From Alphaproteobacteria bacterium (GTDB lineage Bacteria > Pseudomonadota > Alphaproteobacteria > MPNO01 > UBA830): a stretch of DNA of 64,000 nt. Below are positions 8,654-19,727 of the stretch, piece after piece. The DNA lies in contig OZ219791.1 in assembly GCA_964291215.2 (NCBI GenBank), forward strand, positions 1,184,001 through 1,248,000, written 5' to 3'. The position numbers and the translations under genes were made by a program. Position 1 is the stretch's first letter. Each line of letters begins with the position of its first letter. Under the pieces are notes generated by a model that was not told the DNA's origin, did no database searches, and saw only the letters and a program-made list of their open reading frames with translations.

Positions 8654-9970
8654 CTACATCAGGCTGGGCAGCCAGAGCGCGAGGCCCGGAAAGAAAATCA
8701 GGATCACGATCAGGATCCCGTCGCAGATCAGGAACGGAAATGCCGCGCTCGCCACCTGGAACAGCGTCGTGTCTTTCGGTGCGACGCCGAGCATCACGTA
8801 GAGCAGGAGGCCGAAGGGCGGCGTCGTTCCGGCCATCTCGAAGGTCATGAGCACGAAGAGCCCGAACCAGACCAGGTCGAAGCCGAGTTGCTGCGCCAGC
8901 GGGAAGAAGATCGGCACTGTGATCAGCATCATCGATGTCGGGTCCATGAACATGCCGAGCGCGACGAGGATCACGAACATCACGAGGAGGATCCAGTACT
9001 TGGAAATGTCGAACTCGGTGGCCCATTCGAGAAGGCCGGCACTGGCCCCGGAGAACGCGAGGAGCTGGCTGAAGACGGTCGAGCTCATGATGATGAAGAA
9101 CACCATGGCGCCGACCTTGACGGTCGCCTCGACGGCGCTGCGCAGTGCGGCGAAGGTCAGGGCCCGGAAAGCTGCGGCAAGGATGATCACGCCCAGTACA
9201 CCGAACGCGGCGGCTTCGGTGGGGGTGGACCAGCCGAGCATGATGAAGCCGATCACCATGAACACGACAAGGCTCATGGGGAGGATGTTGGTGCAGACGA
9301 GCCTGATCCGCGCCCCTATCGGCGGCATTTCGACGGCGTAGGCGGGGGCCGAGTCGGGCTTCAATCTGATCTGCAGGAATATCAGGGCCGCATATAGGGC
9401 AGCGAGCACGAAGCCAGGCAGGAATCCGGCGACCAGGAGGCGGCCGACATCGATGTTGGCGACCGAGGCCAGCAGGACGCCGAGGGCGGATGGCGGGATG
9501 ATCATGGCGAGTCCGCCGGTGCCGAGAATCGGGCCCATCGACATGCGCCGGCTGTAGCCGCGCCGCTGCATCTCGGGCACCATCAGGGCGCCCAGCATCG
9601 CGGTGTTGGCCATGCTGGAGCCGGTCAGCGTCGAGAACATGGCGCCACCCGCCACCGTCAGGTAGCAGAGGCGGCCGGGCAGGCGGCCGAACAGGACGTC
9701 AAGCCCGTCGAAGACGCGGATCGCGAGCCCGGTGTGGAAGAACAGGGCGCCCATCATGATGAACATGGGCACCGGTCCCAGCGTGAAGCGGGTGATGAGC
9801 GAGGTCGAGTTGTCGACGATCTGCGTCCATCCCGCCATGTCCCCCATGAAGATCAGGACGCCGACAATGTTCGTCGTGATGAAGGTAAGGGCGACCGGGA
9901 CCCCCATCGCCATGAGGAACATCACCATTCCGATAAGCGTCAGGAGAGCCCAGTACCACTCCATTTCCAT
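8654..9970 (-). CDS. dctM: TRAP transporter large permease DctM
   Basis: Motifs FSTLTGSSMA, MIIPPS, TPTEAAA, TPPFGLLLY; about 12 TM segments. Confidence 0.93.
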   Translation of the reverse strand: MEMEWYWALLTLIGMVMFLMAMGVPVALTFITTNIVGVLIFMGDMAGWTQIVDNSTSLITRFTLGPVPMFIMMGALFFHTGLAIRVFDGLDVLFGRLPGRLCYLTVAGGAMFSTLTGSSMANTAMLGALMVPEMQRRGYSRRMSMGPILGTGGLAMIIPPSALGVLLASVANIDVGRLLVAGFLPGFVLAALYAALIFLQIRLKPDSAPAYAVEMPPIGARIRLVCTNILPMSLVVFMVIGFIMLGWSTPTEAAAFGVLGVIILAAAFRALTFAALRSAVEATVKVGAMVFFIIMSSTVFSQLLAFSGASAGLLEWATEFDISKYWILLVMFVILVALGMFMDPTSMMLITVPIFFPLAQQLGFDLVWFGLFVLMTFEMAGTTPPFGLLLYVMLGVAPKDTTLFQVASAAFPFLICDGILIVILIFFPGLALWLPSLM

Positions 9971-9973
9971 GGG

Positions 9974-10486
9974 TCAGACGCCTTCCTGCCCGTCGGCCGC
10001 CCTTGAGTACATGTCGTCGATCCCGATGAGGTAGCGCGCGAATTCAAGGGCGACGAAGGCAAAGCAGATCGGCATCGGGCAGTAGAGCGCCCACAGGGGC
10101 ATGTCGATGCTGCGGACATCCACCATGTCGTTTTCCCACGCGGCCTGGAGGAGGCCGGCGGCGTGAACGCCGTAGATCGCTGCGGCACCGATGCAGACCG
10201 CATACACGATCTTCGCCACAGCTGTCCTGACCGCTGCCGGGAAGAACCGGGTAACGGCGTCGATGAAGACGTGCCCCTTGATGCGCACCAGCCAGGGCGC
10301 GGCGAGCATCGCGAACCAGAGCAGGATGTACTCGACCACGGCGATCGTGAACGGGGGTGGCGTCAGCCCGACGATGCGCATCGTCACGTCGACGACGATC
10401 ATCACGAAACTGAGAAAGATCAGAATGCCCGCGAGGACCGCCATTCCGTTCACGAAGAAATTGTAGATCCTGGAGAACGTTTCCAC
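9974..10486 (-). CDS. dctQ: TRAP transporter small permease DctQ
   Basis: 4 TM segments; motifs DVTMR, VVEY, GHVFID; GTG start at 10486. Confidence 0.88.
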   Translation of the reverse strand: METFSRIYNFFVNGMAVLAGILIFLSFVMIVVDVTMRIVGLTPPPFTIAVVEYILLWFAMLAAPWLVRIKGHVFIDAVTRFFPAAVRTAVAKIVYAVCIGAAAIYGVHAAGLLQAAWENDMVDVRSIDMPLWALYCPMPICFAFVALEFARYLIGIDDMYSRAADGQEGV

Positions 10487-10815
10487 CGCCTGTTCCTGCG
10501 AGATGCGGCGTCGGCGTACGGTACAGCCGGATCCGCCGCCGCGACGACCCGGATTGCACCCATGAGACCCCGTCCATCGCCGGCAAACGGTTCTGTCGGC
10601 GAAAACCGTCCCTACTACGGCAGAACCGCGGCCCTTAGGCAAGTGCCACCATCCCCGCTCCGGACTGTTGGCCCGCGGGTTCGTTGCCGGCATGGACAGC
10701 GGCCGCCATTTCGGGTAGTTTGGAGCCAGAGTTGGAAGGAGGCATTTGGGTAGGAGCCGGGTGTGTCCGTCGGCGGTATGCTCCGCAGCGGGAAAGCCGG
10801 CACCGGAGGCGGGAG

Positions 10816-12066
10816 ATGCGCGTGATTCGGTTCCTGTTCCTGTCCAGCCTGATAATCCTTCCCCTTGCCGGTTTGCCCGGCTCCGCCGAGGCAAAATACG
10901 CCTCCATCGTCATCGAGGCCGACACCGGCCGCGTCCTCCACGCCGTCAATGCCGACACCAGGAACTATCCAGCTTCGCTCACGAAGATGATGACGCTGTT
11001 CATGACCTTCGAGGCGTTGCGCGCGAAGAAGATCAGCCTGTCGCAGAAACTGCGGGTTTCCCGCCGGGCGCAGAGCCGTCCGCCGTCGAAGCTCGGCCTC
11101 AGGGCCGGCGAGCGGATAAGCGTGCGCGATGCGATCTCCGCGCTGGTTGTGAAGTCGGCGAACGACGTTGCCACGGTCGTGGCCGAAGCCCTGGGCGGCA
11201 CCGAACGCAAGTTCGCGAGACAGATGACGCGCCGCGCACGCCAGCTCGGCATGCGGAATACCACCTTTACCAACGCGTCGGGACTGCCGAGCCGCGCGCA
11301 GCTCAGCACGGCGCGGGACATGGCGACCCTGAGCCGGAAGATGCTGGAGACCTTCCCCCGGATGTACGGGCAATTTTCGCGCAAGACATGGATCTGGCGG
11401 GGCCGGACCTACCGGAATCACAATCGCCTGTTGCAAAACTACCGGGGCATGGACGGCATCAAGACGGGATATACGAGAGCGTCCGGATTCAATCTTGCCG
11501 CCTCGGCCGAGAGGGGTGGCAGGCGGCTGATCGCGGTCGTCTTCGGGGGGCGGACGTCGAAGTCACGGAACCGCATCGTGGCGCGGCTCCTGAACCGGGG
11601 GTTCAGCCCTGCGGAGATCCGGAAGGCGGCGAAGATCGAGGCCGCGCGGAGCGCCAGTGTTGCCGCCTCGGCGCGGAGAGCCGCGTTGACCCCGAAACCT
11701 CTCGCGGCCGGAAGCGCCGGCCCGGCCGGGGTACAGATCGCCACCGCGACTGCCGGGCCTGGTTCGGCCATCGCTCCGGTGCGCAATCGCAGGGCCGGCG
11801 CGGTGCGCGGCTGGACCGTCCAGGTCGGCGCGTTTGCGCGGCTCGCGGATGCCCGGAAGATGATCGGCCGGGCGGTGCAGAAGGTACCGAGCCTCGCCGG
11901 GCAGCCGTACAAGATCGTCAACCAGAAGCGCAAGACTCGCCGCGGCGGCAGGATCTACAAGGCGCGGCTGGTAATGGCGTCCAGGTCGAGCGCCCGCAAT
12001 TCGTGCCGTCTGCTCAAGCGCCGCAAGATCGACTGCCTGGTGGTGTGGATGAGCTCCAGGTCCTGA
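10816..12066 (+). CDS. D-alanyl-D-alanine carboxypeptidase (S11) with C-terminal SPOR domain
   Basis: SxxK (ASLTKMM), SxN (KSAND), KTG (IKTGYT); C-terminal WTVQVGAF. Confidence 0.92.
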   Translation: MRVIRFLFLSSLIILPLAGLPGSAEAKYASIVIEADTGRVLHAVNADTRNYPASLTKMMTLFMTFEALRAKKISLSQKLRVSRRAQSRPPSKLGLRAGERISVRDAISALVVKSANDVATVVAEALGGTERKFARQMTRRARQLGMRNTTFTNASGLPSRAQLSTARDMATLSRKMLETFPRMYGQFSRKTWIWRGRTYRNHNRLLQNYRGMDGIKTGYTRASGFNLAASAERGGRRLIAVVFGGRTSKSRNRIVARLLNRGFSPAEIRKAAKIEAARSASVAASARRAALTPKPLAAGSAGPAGVQIATATAGPGSAIAPVRNRRAGAVRGWTVQVGAFARLADARKMIGRAVQKVPSLAGQPYKIVNQKRKTRRGGRIYKARLVMASRSSARNSCRLLKRRKIDCLVVWMSSRS

Positions 12067-12100
12067 CGCGCGGCGGCTCGGATGGACGCCGACGCGCTGT

Positions 12101-13489
12101 TCAGAACTCCGGAGGCTCGACGCCGGCGCCCCGGAGCTGTTCGGAAAGCGACCGCTTGAGGCGTTCGAGCCCGTCCTCGCTGTCCGATTCGCACCGCGCC
12201 ACGAGCACGGCCTGGGTATTGGAGGCGCGGAGCAGCCACCAGCCGTCGCCGGTCGAGACGCGCACACCGTCGATATTGCAGACTTCGGCGCCCGATTCAG
12301 CGAGCCGGTTCCTGATCTCCTCGACAACGCCGAACTTCCGCTCCTCGGCGCAGGGGAAGCGCAGTTCGGGCGTGTTCAGGAGTTCCGGCATGGCGCTTCG
12401 AAGCTCGGCCAGGCCGCGATCCTGGCGCGACAGCCATCCGAGCAGACGCACCGCGGCATAAAGCGCGTCGTCATAGCCGTAATAGCGGTCGGCGAAGAAG
12501 ATGTGCCCGCTCATCTCGCCGGCGAGCAGCGCGCCGGTTTCGGGAATGGCGGCCTTTATCAGTGAATGCCCGGTCTTCCACATGACGGGCCGGCCGCCCA
12601 TGGCCGCGATACGGTCGAACAGCGTCTGGCTTGCCTTCACGTCGGCGATGACCGTCGCCCCTGGATGGTCTTCGAGCATGTCGGCGGCGAGGAAGGCCAT
12701 CAACTGGTCTCCCCACAGGATGCCGCCGGCATCGTCAACGACGCCGATGCGGTCGCCGTCGCCGTCGAACCCGATTCCGAGATCGGCGTTCTCGCCGAGC
12801 ACCGTGCGCCGCAGCTGTTCGAGATTTTCCGCTACCGTGGGATCCGGGTGATGCGCCGGAAAGGTGCCGTCAATAGTCTCGTTGAGCAGCACGTGCTCGC
12901 CTGGAAGCCGTGCCGCGAGCTTCTGCATAGCCGTGCCAGCGGAGCCGTTACCGGCGTCCCACACCACCCTGAGCGGCCGTTCGCCGCCATGGTCCGCCGC
13001 GAGGCGCTCCACATAGCGGTCGAGCATCGGCTCGTCGCCGGCGATGCCGCGTCCCGAGACCCAGTCGCCGGCCCCGGCGATCGTTCCGAGATCGAGGATG
13101 TCGGCGCCATAGAACGGCCGTGCCGCGAGCACCATCTTGAAGCCGTTATATTCGGGCGGGTTGTGCGATCCCGAGACCATCACCCCGCCGGCGCTGCCGG
13201 TGACGTGGTGGGCGAAGTAGAGCATCGGCGTCGGGCCGAGCCCGATACGGACGACATCGAGCCCGCAGTCGGTGAGGCCACGGACGAGTTCGGCCTCGAG
13301 CTCCGGCGAGGTCAGCCTGCCGTCGCGGCCGACGCAGGCCGTGGCGCCGCCCTCGCGGACAATCACCGTGCCGAAGCTTCGCCCCACCGCATAGGCGTCG
13401 GCGGCATCCAGGGTTTTGCCGACCACGCCCCGGATGTCGTATTCCCGGAGAATGGTCGAGTCGAACCGGTGCGGGCCGGGCCCGCTCAC
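12101..13489 (-). CDS. Phosphomannomutase/phosphoglucomutase (AlgC/ExoC-like)
   Basis: Motifs REYDIRG, SGSHNP, FDGDGDR, GEMSGH, RASNT; GTGA overlap with the ugd stop. Confidence 0.94.
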   Translation of the reverse strand: MSGPGPHRFDSTILREYDIRGVVGKTLDAADAYAVGRSFGTVIVREGGATACVGRDGRLTSPELEAELVRGLTDCGLDVVRIGLGPTPMLYFAHHVTGSAGGVMVSGSHNPPEYNGFKMVLAARPFYGADILDLGTIAGAGDWVSGRGIAGDEPMLDRYVERLAADHGGERPLRVVWDAGNGSAGTAMQKLAARLPGEHVLLNETIDGTFPAHHPDPTVAENLEQLRRTVLGENADLGIGFDGDGDRIGVVDDAGGILWGDQLMAFLAADMLEDHPGATVIADVKASQTLFDRIAAMGGRPVMWKTGHSLIKAAIPETGALLAGEMSGHIFFADRYYGYDDALYAAVRLLGWLSRQDRGLAELRSAMPELLNTPELRFPCAEERKFGVVEEIRNRLAESGAEVCNIDGVRVSTGDGWWLLRASNTQAVLVARCESDSEDGLERLKRSLSEQLRGAGVEPPEF

Positions 13490-14814
13490 AGGCCGCCTCC
13501 GGCAAGCACCGGCGCCCGTCCGATGCTGTGATAGTCGAACGCCGCCGCCCGCATCTCGTCGGGGTCGTAGATGTTGCGGAGATCGATGACGAGGGGACGC
13601 GCCATCAGCGCCTTCGCGCGGGCGAGGTCGAGGAGGCGGAATTCGTTCCATTCGGTGACGATCACAAGCGCGTCGGCACCGGTCATGGCGGCATATGCGT
13701 GGCTGCAGAACTCGACATGCGCCAGCCGCTTTCCGGCCTCGGCCATGCCTTCCGGATCGTAGGCGCGGACCGCGGCGCCGCTGTTGCCGAGGGCGGCCGC
13801 GATCGCGATGCCGGGGCTTTCGCGGATGTCGTCGGTGTTGGGCTTGAAGGTCAGGCCCAGCACGGCGATCGTCCGGCCGGCCACCGAACCGCCGCAGATC
13901 CCGACGATCCGTTGCGCCATGCCGCTCCGGCGCCGGTCGTTGACGTCGACGACCGTCTCGATGATGCGGACCGGCGCGCCGCTGTCGCGGGCCGTCTTCG
14001 CCAGCGCCAGCGCGTCCTTCGGAAAACAGGATCCGCCAAAACCCGGGCCGGCATGCAGGAACTTTTCCCCGATCCTGCGGTCGATGCCGATGCCGCGCGC
14101 CACCATCTGCACGTCGGCGCCGAGCTTCTCGCACAGATCCGCGATCTCGTTGATGAAGGTGATCTTGGTCGCGAGAAAGCCGTTCGCGGCGTACTTGATC
14201 AGTTCTGCAGTTTCCAGCGTGGTGAACAGGATTGGCGTCTCGAGGAGATAGAGGGGCCGGTAGAGCCGGTGCAGAAGTTCGCGCGCCCGGTCGGCGTCGG
14301 CGCCGATGATGATGCGGTCGGGACGCATGAAATCCTCGATCGCCGAGCCCTCGCGGAGGAATTCGGGGTTGGAGGCGATATCGAACACGGCATCGGGACG
14401 CGCCGCGCCGATGATCTCCGCGATCCTGCGGCTCGCCCCCACCGGGACGGTGGACTTGGTGACCACCACCGTATAGCCGTCGAGGAACCGTGCGACTTCT
14501 TCGGCTGCGGCATGGACGTAGGAGAGGTCGGCGTGGCCGTCGCCGCGCCTGCTCGGCGTGCCGACGGCGATGAACACCGCGTCGGCGGCCGCGACGGCGG
14601 CCTCCGCATCGGCGGTGAACGACAGGCGCCGGGCGCCGATGTTGCCGGCGACGAGATCCGCCAGGCCGGGCTCGTAGAGCGGGACCGTGCCGGTCTCGAG
14701 TTCGGCGATCCTGTTGCGATCGCTGTCGACGCAGACGACATCGATCCCGAATTCGGACATGCAGGCGGCTGAGACCAGGCCCACATACCCGGCCCCGATC
14801 ACGGCGACGCGCAT
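13486..14814 (-). CDS. ugd: UDP-glucose 6-dehydrogenase
   Basis: Motifs [36 protein letters not shown]. Confidence 0.96.
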   Translation of the reverse strand: MRVAVIGAGYVGLVSAACMSEFGIDVVCVDSDRNRIAELETGTVPLYEPGLADLVAGNIGARRLSFTADAEAAVAAADAVFIAVGTPSRRGDGHADLSYVHAAAEEVARFLDGYTVVVTKSTVPVGASRRIAEIIGAARPDAVFDIASNPEFLREGSAIEDFMRPDRIIIGADADRARELLHRLYRPLYLLETPILFTTLETAELIKYAANGFLATKITFINEIADLCEKLGADVQMVARGIGIDRRIGEKFLHAGPGFGGSCFPKDALALAKTARDSGAPVRIIETVVDVNDRRRSGMAQRIVGICGGSVAGRTIAVLGLTFKPNTDDIRESPGIAIAAALGNSGAAVRAYDPEGMAEAGKRLAHVEFCSHAYAAMTGADALVIVTEWNEFRLLDLARAKALMARPLVIDLRNIYDPDEMRAAAFDYHSIGRAPVLAGGGL

Positions 14815-15713
14815 CAGGCGCTCCCGGAAGCGGGCGGCGCGCCGGAGGCGTAGGTGCGGACGAGATACGTGGCTGCATCGCGCATGTCGTTGCGGGCAAG
14901 CGCGAACGCGATATTGGCTTCGAGGAACCCGGCCTTGCTGCCGCAGTCGAACCGGCGTCCGGAAAAGCGTAGCCCGTGAAACGGCGATTGTCCGATCATC
15001 TTTGCCATCGAATCCGTGAGCTGGATTTCACCGCCGGCACCGCGGTCCATGGCGGCGAGATGCCCGAATATCTCCGGCATCAGCACGTAGCGGCCGATGA
15101 CGCTGAGCGTCGACGGCGCGTCGGCCGGATCGGGTTTCTCGACGAGCCCCCGGACCTCGACGAGCCGCCCGTCGTCCTCGCCGGCATCGAGGATGCCGTA
15201 GCGCGAGGTCTGTTCCCGCGGCACGTCCTCGACCGCGACGATGCTGCCGCCGGTGTCCGCGGCGGCCTCGATCATCTGTTTCAGGCAGGGCACATCGGCG
15301 AGGATGAGGTCGTCGGCGAGAATGACGGCGAAGGGCTCGTTGCCGACGAGTTCGCGGGCGCACCAGACTGCGTGGCCGAGGCCGAGCGCGTCCGGCTGGC
15401 GCGTGTAGGCGATGCGGCCGGCCTCGGGCACGATCCGGCTCACGGCTTCGAGTTCGCGTTCCTTGCCGCGGCTTTCGAGTACGCGGTCGAGTTCCGGGCT
15501 GCGGTCGAAGTGGTCCTCGATTGCCGCCTTGTTACGGCCGGTGACGAGAACGATGTTCTCGATCCCCGCGGTCAGCGCCTCGTCGACGGCGTACTGGATC
15601 AGCGGCCGATCGACCACCGGCAGCATTTCCTTGGGGATCGCCTTGGTTGCGGGCAGGAAACGGGTGCCGAGCCCCGCCACGGGAAGGACTGCTGTTCGTA
15701 TCCTGCCGGCCAT
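14814..15713 (-). CDS. galU: UTP--glucose-1-phosphate uridylyltransferase
   Basis: Motifs [40 protein letters not shown]; TGATG coupling to ugd. Confidence 0.96.
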   Translation of the reverse strand: MAGRIRTAVLPVAGLGTRFLPATKAIPKEMLPVVDRPLIQYAVDEALTAGIENIVLVTGRNKAAIEDHFDRSPELDRVLESRGKERELEAVSRIVPEAGRIAYTRQPDALGLGHAVWCARELVGNEPFAVILADDLILADVPCLKQMIEAAADTGGSIVAVEDVPREQTSRYGILDAGEDDGRLVEVRGLVEKPDPADAPSTLSVIGRYVLMPEIFGHLAAMDRGAGGEIQLTDSMAKMIGQSPFHGLRFSGRRFDCGSKAGFLEANIAFALARNDMRDAATYLVRTYASGAPPASGSA

Positions 15714-15899
15714 GATTCGCGCTCCGTGTCCGGCCGCAGATCCCAGTGCATGAAATTCATGGGAAACATGCCACGACGCAACCGGTCCGCCACCCGGAAT
15801 ATGTGCCATCCGCCGGTGCTGGACGCAAGCACGCCCGCGGTGGAGGTTTGCGGCCGGAGGTCAGAAGGACATCGATCTCTCCCGGGCCAGGCGATGATC

Positions 15900-17560
15900 C
15901 CCGGGCTGCCGGCGCGCCGCCCGCGGCGAGGATCGCGCGGCCGCGGGCGATCAGCTGCTCGGCGTCGGCCACGCTGTTCTGCCATGACGGGATCTTGCGG
16001 GCGCATCCGGCGTGGCGCTCCGCGGCATCGAGCACGAAGGCGCGGAACCACCGCTGGCGCGTGACCTCGGCCAGCTACGCCTCGACCGAAGCGGTGTTCG
16101 CACCGGCGGTCTCGTCCGGTGGCTGGCGCACCGCTTCGATCCTCCGCTGGTCGCGCTGCTGCCGGTAGAGCGCGGCGAACTCCCGCATGTCGTTTGGCGC
16201 CAGGCCCCGCGTGCAGTGAACATCCGCCGGATTGGGGGTTTCCACTCCCGCGGCAGGGTCTCGAGGAAGTCGATGAGCGCTCCGTGCCGGCGCAGGGTCC
16301 CGGCGACCGACGGCGCGAGCAGCGCCGTCGCCGGCGATGCGCATGCCGCCCATTCTTCGAGCACTGCGGCCCTGCCGGCGGCGGACGCGGCGACCGTGAC
16401 GCAGGTCGAGATTTGCCTGGGCGAGCCGCCGCAGCGCTTTGCCGCCGCCGTCATTGGCCGCAAGTCAGCTTTCAGATTCGGTGTAGTGATCGGAATGGAA
16501 CCTCCGGTCCCCGGAGAGATAGCCGCGTCTGTTGGCAAGCGACCAGGATCGGCGCAGGCGGTCGAGAAGCGCGTCGTCGCCGGCCAGCGCCCCGAATGCC
16601 GCCGCCAGCGGTTTGCGGTCGACATGGATTTCGGGCTGACAGCAGGCCGCAACGCGCTCCAGATGTTTCCGCCGCCAGCCGTCGTCGGCGAGCATGATGA
16701 CGCGGTCGAACCTGCCGACGAGCTCGTCGACCGTGCCGGTGTATCCGTGCGCGAGTTCGGACGCCGCCATGGCTGTCGCGGATGTCGTCGTGGAAGAACT
16801 CGACCTGCCGATCCTCACGCTTCGCCGCGCGGATGAGGAAACGCGGCTCCTCTTCCGCGACTGACGCGGCGGCGACGATGTCCTTGACGGTGATTGCCGA
16901 GCTGCGAAACAGGCGCGCTTCCCACAGGGTGGTGCCGAGCCGGTCCGAATTTCCATCGGCACGGATATCCCGTACGCCATCTGTCCTTTGTGCCGTGTAC
17001 ATTGTGCTGGTGAATCTCGATGCAGGCGCGCACGCCTTCGGCGGCGGAGCCGGAAAGGCGGGCGCGAAGGAGGTGGGTCAGCGTCCTCTCTTCCTTGCGG
17101 GTGCAGGCGACGACTGCGACCGAATCGCCGGGAAAGCCGATCCTGATTCGGTCCCAGTCCCCGGCCATCCGCTCCAGCGTCTCCCCGAGCCCGTTGCCGA
17201 GCGATATGCGGTCCGTGGCGGCCGGCTGAGGAACACCGTTGCCACCGGGGCGCAGGCAGCCGATGACGCTGCGAAGCCGCGCGAGGTTGAAGATCACGCA
17301 ATGGGTGAGGAGAAGGAGGTCGCGGCTCGTGCCGGAACGTGGCCCCCATGACGTCGGCGGGAACAATCTCGGTCCGGGCGTCGACACGGATCTTCGCGTC
17401 CGACATCGCGTGCTTCGCGACGCTCTCGATGAGCGCGAGGCGGACGGCGTCGTCATGCGCCTCCTCGATCAATCGGCCCGTGGCCGCATCGGCGATCGCC
17501 CACAGCGCGGAAACCGGCTTGTCGGTCGGGAGGTCGATGCCGCTGCGCCGGCGCCCGCTG
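15900..17560 (-). pseudogene. Degraded MOBF (TrwC/TraA-like) relaxase-helicase
   Basis: Fragments across frames: KPVSALWAIAD...IEEAHDDAV, ATFRHE/TSRDLLLLTHCVIFN (eroded HxTSR-DPQLHTH), helicase-like LAHGYTGTV. Boundaries approximate. Confidence 0.65.
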
Positions 17561-17762
17561 GCGTTTCGCACCAGCGCCGTGCGCGTTTGTACACTTTCTG
17601 ACGGGGGTTCCGTCGGTTCCGCTCGAATGGTCTGGGGTGTGTGCCCCTCAACCAACTTGCAAAAAGTCGGCTGAGGGGCTTGTCTCCACGATGACAAAAC
17701 CACAGGAGATGAGTCAATGTCGCACGATTCCTTCCCGGGGTCCACGCTTTCCTGCGCCCATG

Positions 17763-17950
17763 CACGATGATCCCATGCCAATTCGGAGACGCGAAATCCG
17801 AATGCGTTGGGGCTCATCACAGATCGCTCCCTTGATTGCAATTTTCATGCCGAGAAGGCCTCATCGAGCCTTGGCGGCACGATTGCAGCGCGACGCAAAC
17901 TGAAAAAATCTCGCCAGTCGTCGCCGGATTAGCAGCGTGGGATCGTCGTG
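17763..17950 (-). repeat. ~190-bp palindromic repeat, copy 2
   Basis: Reverse complement of 479-671 with a few substitutions and one 5-nt deletion. Confidence 0.9.
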
Positions 17951-17954
17951 GCGC

Positions 17955-18453
17955 CCATGTCCGGGCTTTCCTCGAGAAGGTCGATGCGGACGAGGCCGAG
18001 CGCTGCAGCCTCGCGGGATGCCGGCATTGCGGCGGCCGGCTCCACAGTGCGCGGTATCCGCGCAAGCCGCACGCGCTTGCGCCGGCTCTTTGCGGCGCCA
18101 TCCGCCGCTTCAGCTTCTGCTGCGCCGACTGCAGGCGGCGGACGACGCCCCCTCGGTGCGCTTCTTTGGCCGGAGGTTCCGGGTGGCGCCGGTGTTCCTG
18201 GCGGTGATCCTTGCGGTTCTGCGCGGCAGCGTTTTTCTTGAGACGGCCAGCCGCATCTGGCGCATCCCGAAGATGATGCTTCTGTGGTGGCGCCGGTGGT
18301 GGCAGGAGAGCTTCCCGGCAAAGGCGGCGTGGTGCTGGAAGCGGGCCGTGGAGCGTCTGCTGGCTGTCGAGATAGTATGCGGCCGGGGTCGGCCTGCCGA
18401 TAAGCGTTCCGCCAAGTCGTGGAGATTCGGATTGGGAGAGGCTGGAAACGTCC
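17955..18453 (+). pseudogene. Frameshifted Cys-rich (Zn-finger) transposon accessory protein
   Basis: CRHCGGRLHSARYPRKP...RFSFCCADCRRRTTP, then PSVRFFGRR in another frame; resembles the helper ORF of DDE/ExeA-type transposons. Confidence 0.5.
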
Positions 18454-18585
18454 GAGGCAGCGTAACTGCTCACCCCCTGGTTCCGGCTTGATGTCGGGGT
18501 AGAGTAACGAACGGGTTTTCGTGGAGATTTGACACTGCAGGCCGATTCGCTTAGTGGTGGTCATCGAGAACGACGAGGACCGCCA

Positions 18586-18780
18586 GTGGGCTACTTTGGA
18601 TCGAAGGCGACGAGCGGGCTGTGCCAGCTGCTTCCGGGGCTCCAGCCTCTGCATGATCTGTATGTGGAAACGCATCTCGGAGGCGGCGCGCTGATGAAGC
18701 GCAAGGCGGAGTACCGGAAGATGCCGCCGGGTGAGCGCCAGGCGATGCTCGCGGCGATCATTACCGTCGAGGCCGGGTGA
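18586..18780 (+). pseudogene. Internally deleted DNA adenine methyltransferase (D12/Dam-like) passenger in IS66
   Basis: GYFGSKATSGLCQ...HDLYVETHLGGGALMKRK resembles the Dam-type N-terminal motifs X and I; no DPPY remains; TGATG coupling to the transposase. Confidence 0.6.
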
Positions 18781-19727
18781 TGGCGATGGTCAACGCGGCG
18801 CGCGAGGAGTTCGAAGCGGCCAGGACCGCGGCGCTGCCGGCAAGGTGGCGGAAGAGGCCGTGATCCGCGTCTTCGTCATCCTGCTCGACATCCTCATCGT
18901 CGTCCTTCTGGAGAAGACCACGCACGAGCCGGAACTCCGGTCTGCCGCCGTCACAGACGGACAAGAGCGTGCCGGGAGCAACGGCCCTAAGCCAACCGGC
19001 AGATGGGCGACAACCTGCGCAAGACCATCGTCGAGGAAACGGTCGCGGCCTGCGACGCCTGCGGCGCCGACGGCCCCGTCGAGCGCCGCACGACATCGTG
19101 TTCGAGGTCGTGCCGCGCCGAGGAATGCCCGAAGTGCAAGGGCCGGTTCCCCGACAACATCCCGTGCAGTACGGCATTCAGGCCCTCGTCATCAACCTGC
19201 TGGTCGCCCAAATGCTGTCCCTGCGCCGTCGCGCTCGTGCAGGCGATATCAAGCTCTCCGAGGCCTCGGCCATGCTTTCACGATGCGTCATGGGAGGAGG
19301 CTGCCGTGGCGCACCTCCTGCAACGCCCGATGTCGACGATTTCGGATCAACAGTAAGTGGCTTCATGTCGTCGGGACGTGCAAGTTCCCACACCGCAAGC
19401 GCGGGCAAGAGATCGGTCCGTGCTACAAGGGCGTCCTGGGCCTCGTACATGGGCCAGTGTAGCCACCAGCTGTGCGGCAGCCACCTGCTGCGCGAACTGA
19501 CCTTTGTCGTCGAGGCTACCGCGCGACTGATGAAGAGCCTGCTCCCTGCCACAAGGTCAACAAGAGCGCATCCAAAACCCTGAACGACGCCGGGCGCAAG
19601 CGCTACCGCACCATCAGGGCGCCAGGGAACTGCCCGACATCCCGACGAAAGGAAAACGTGGACGCAAACGCGCACAACCTGCACGAACGTCTCGTGAAAC
19701 ACGAAAACCTGCGCTTCATAGACAACC

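Noticed and set aside
12101-14899. 932-aa ORF suggesting a long N-terminal extension on phosphomannomutase
   Set aside because: The upstream part is an alternate frame of ugd; the real start is the GTG at 13489 overlapping the ugd stop.
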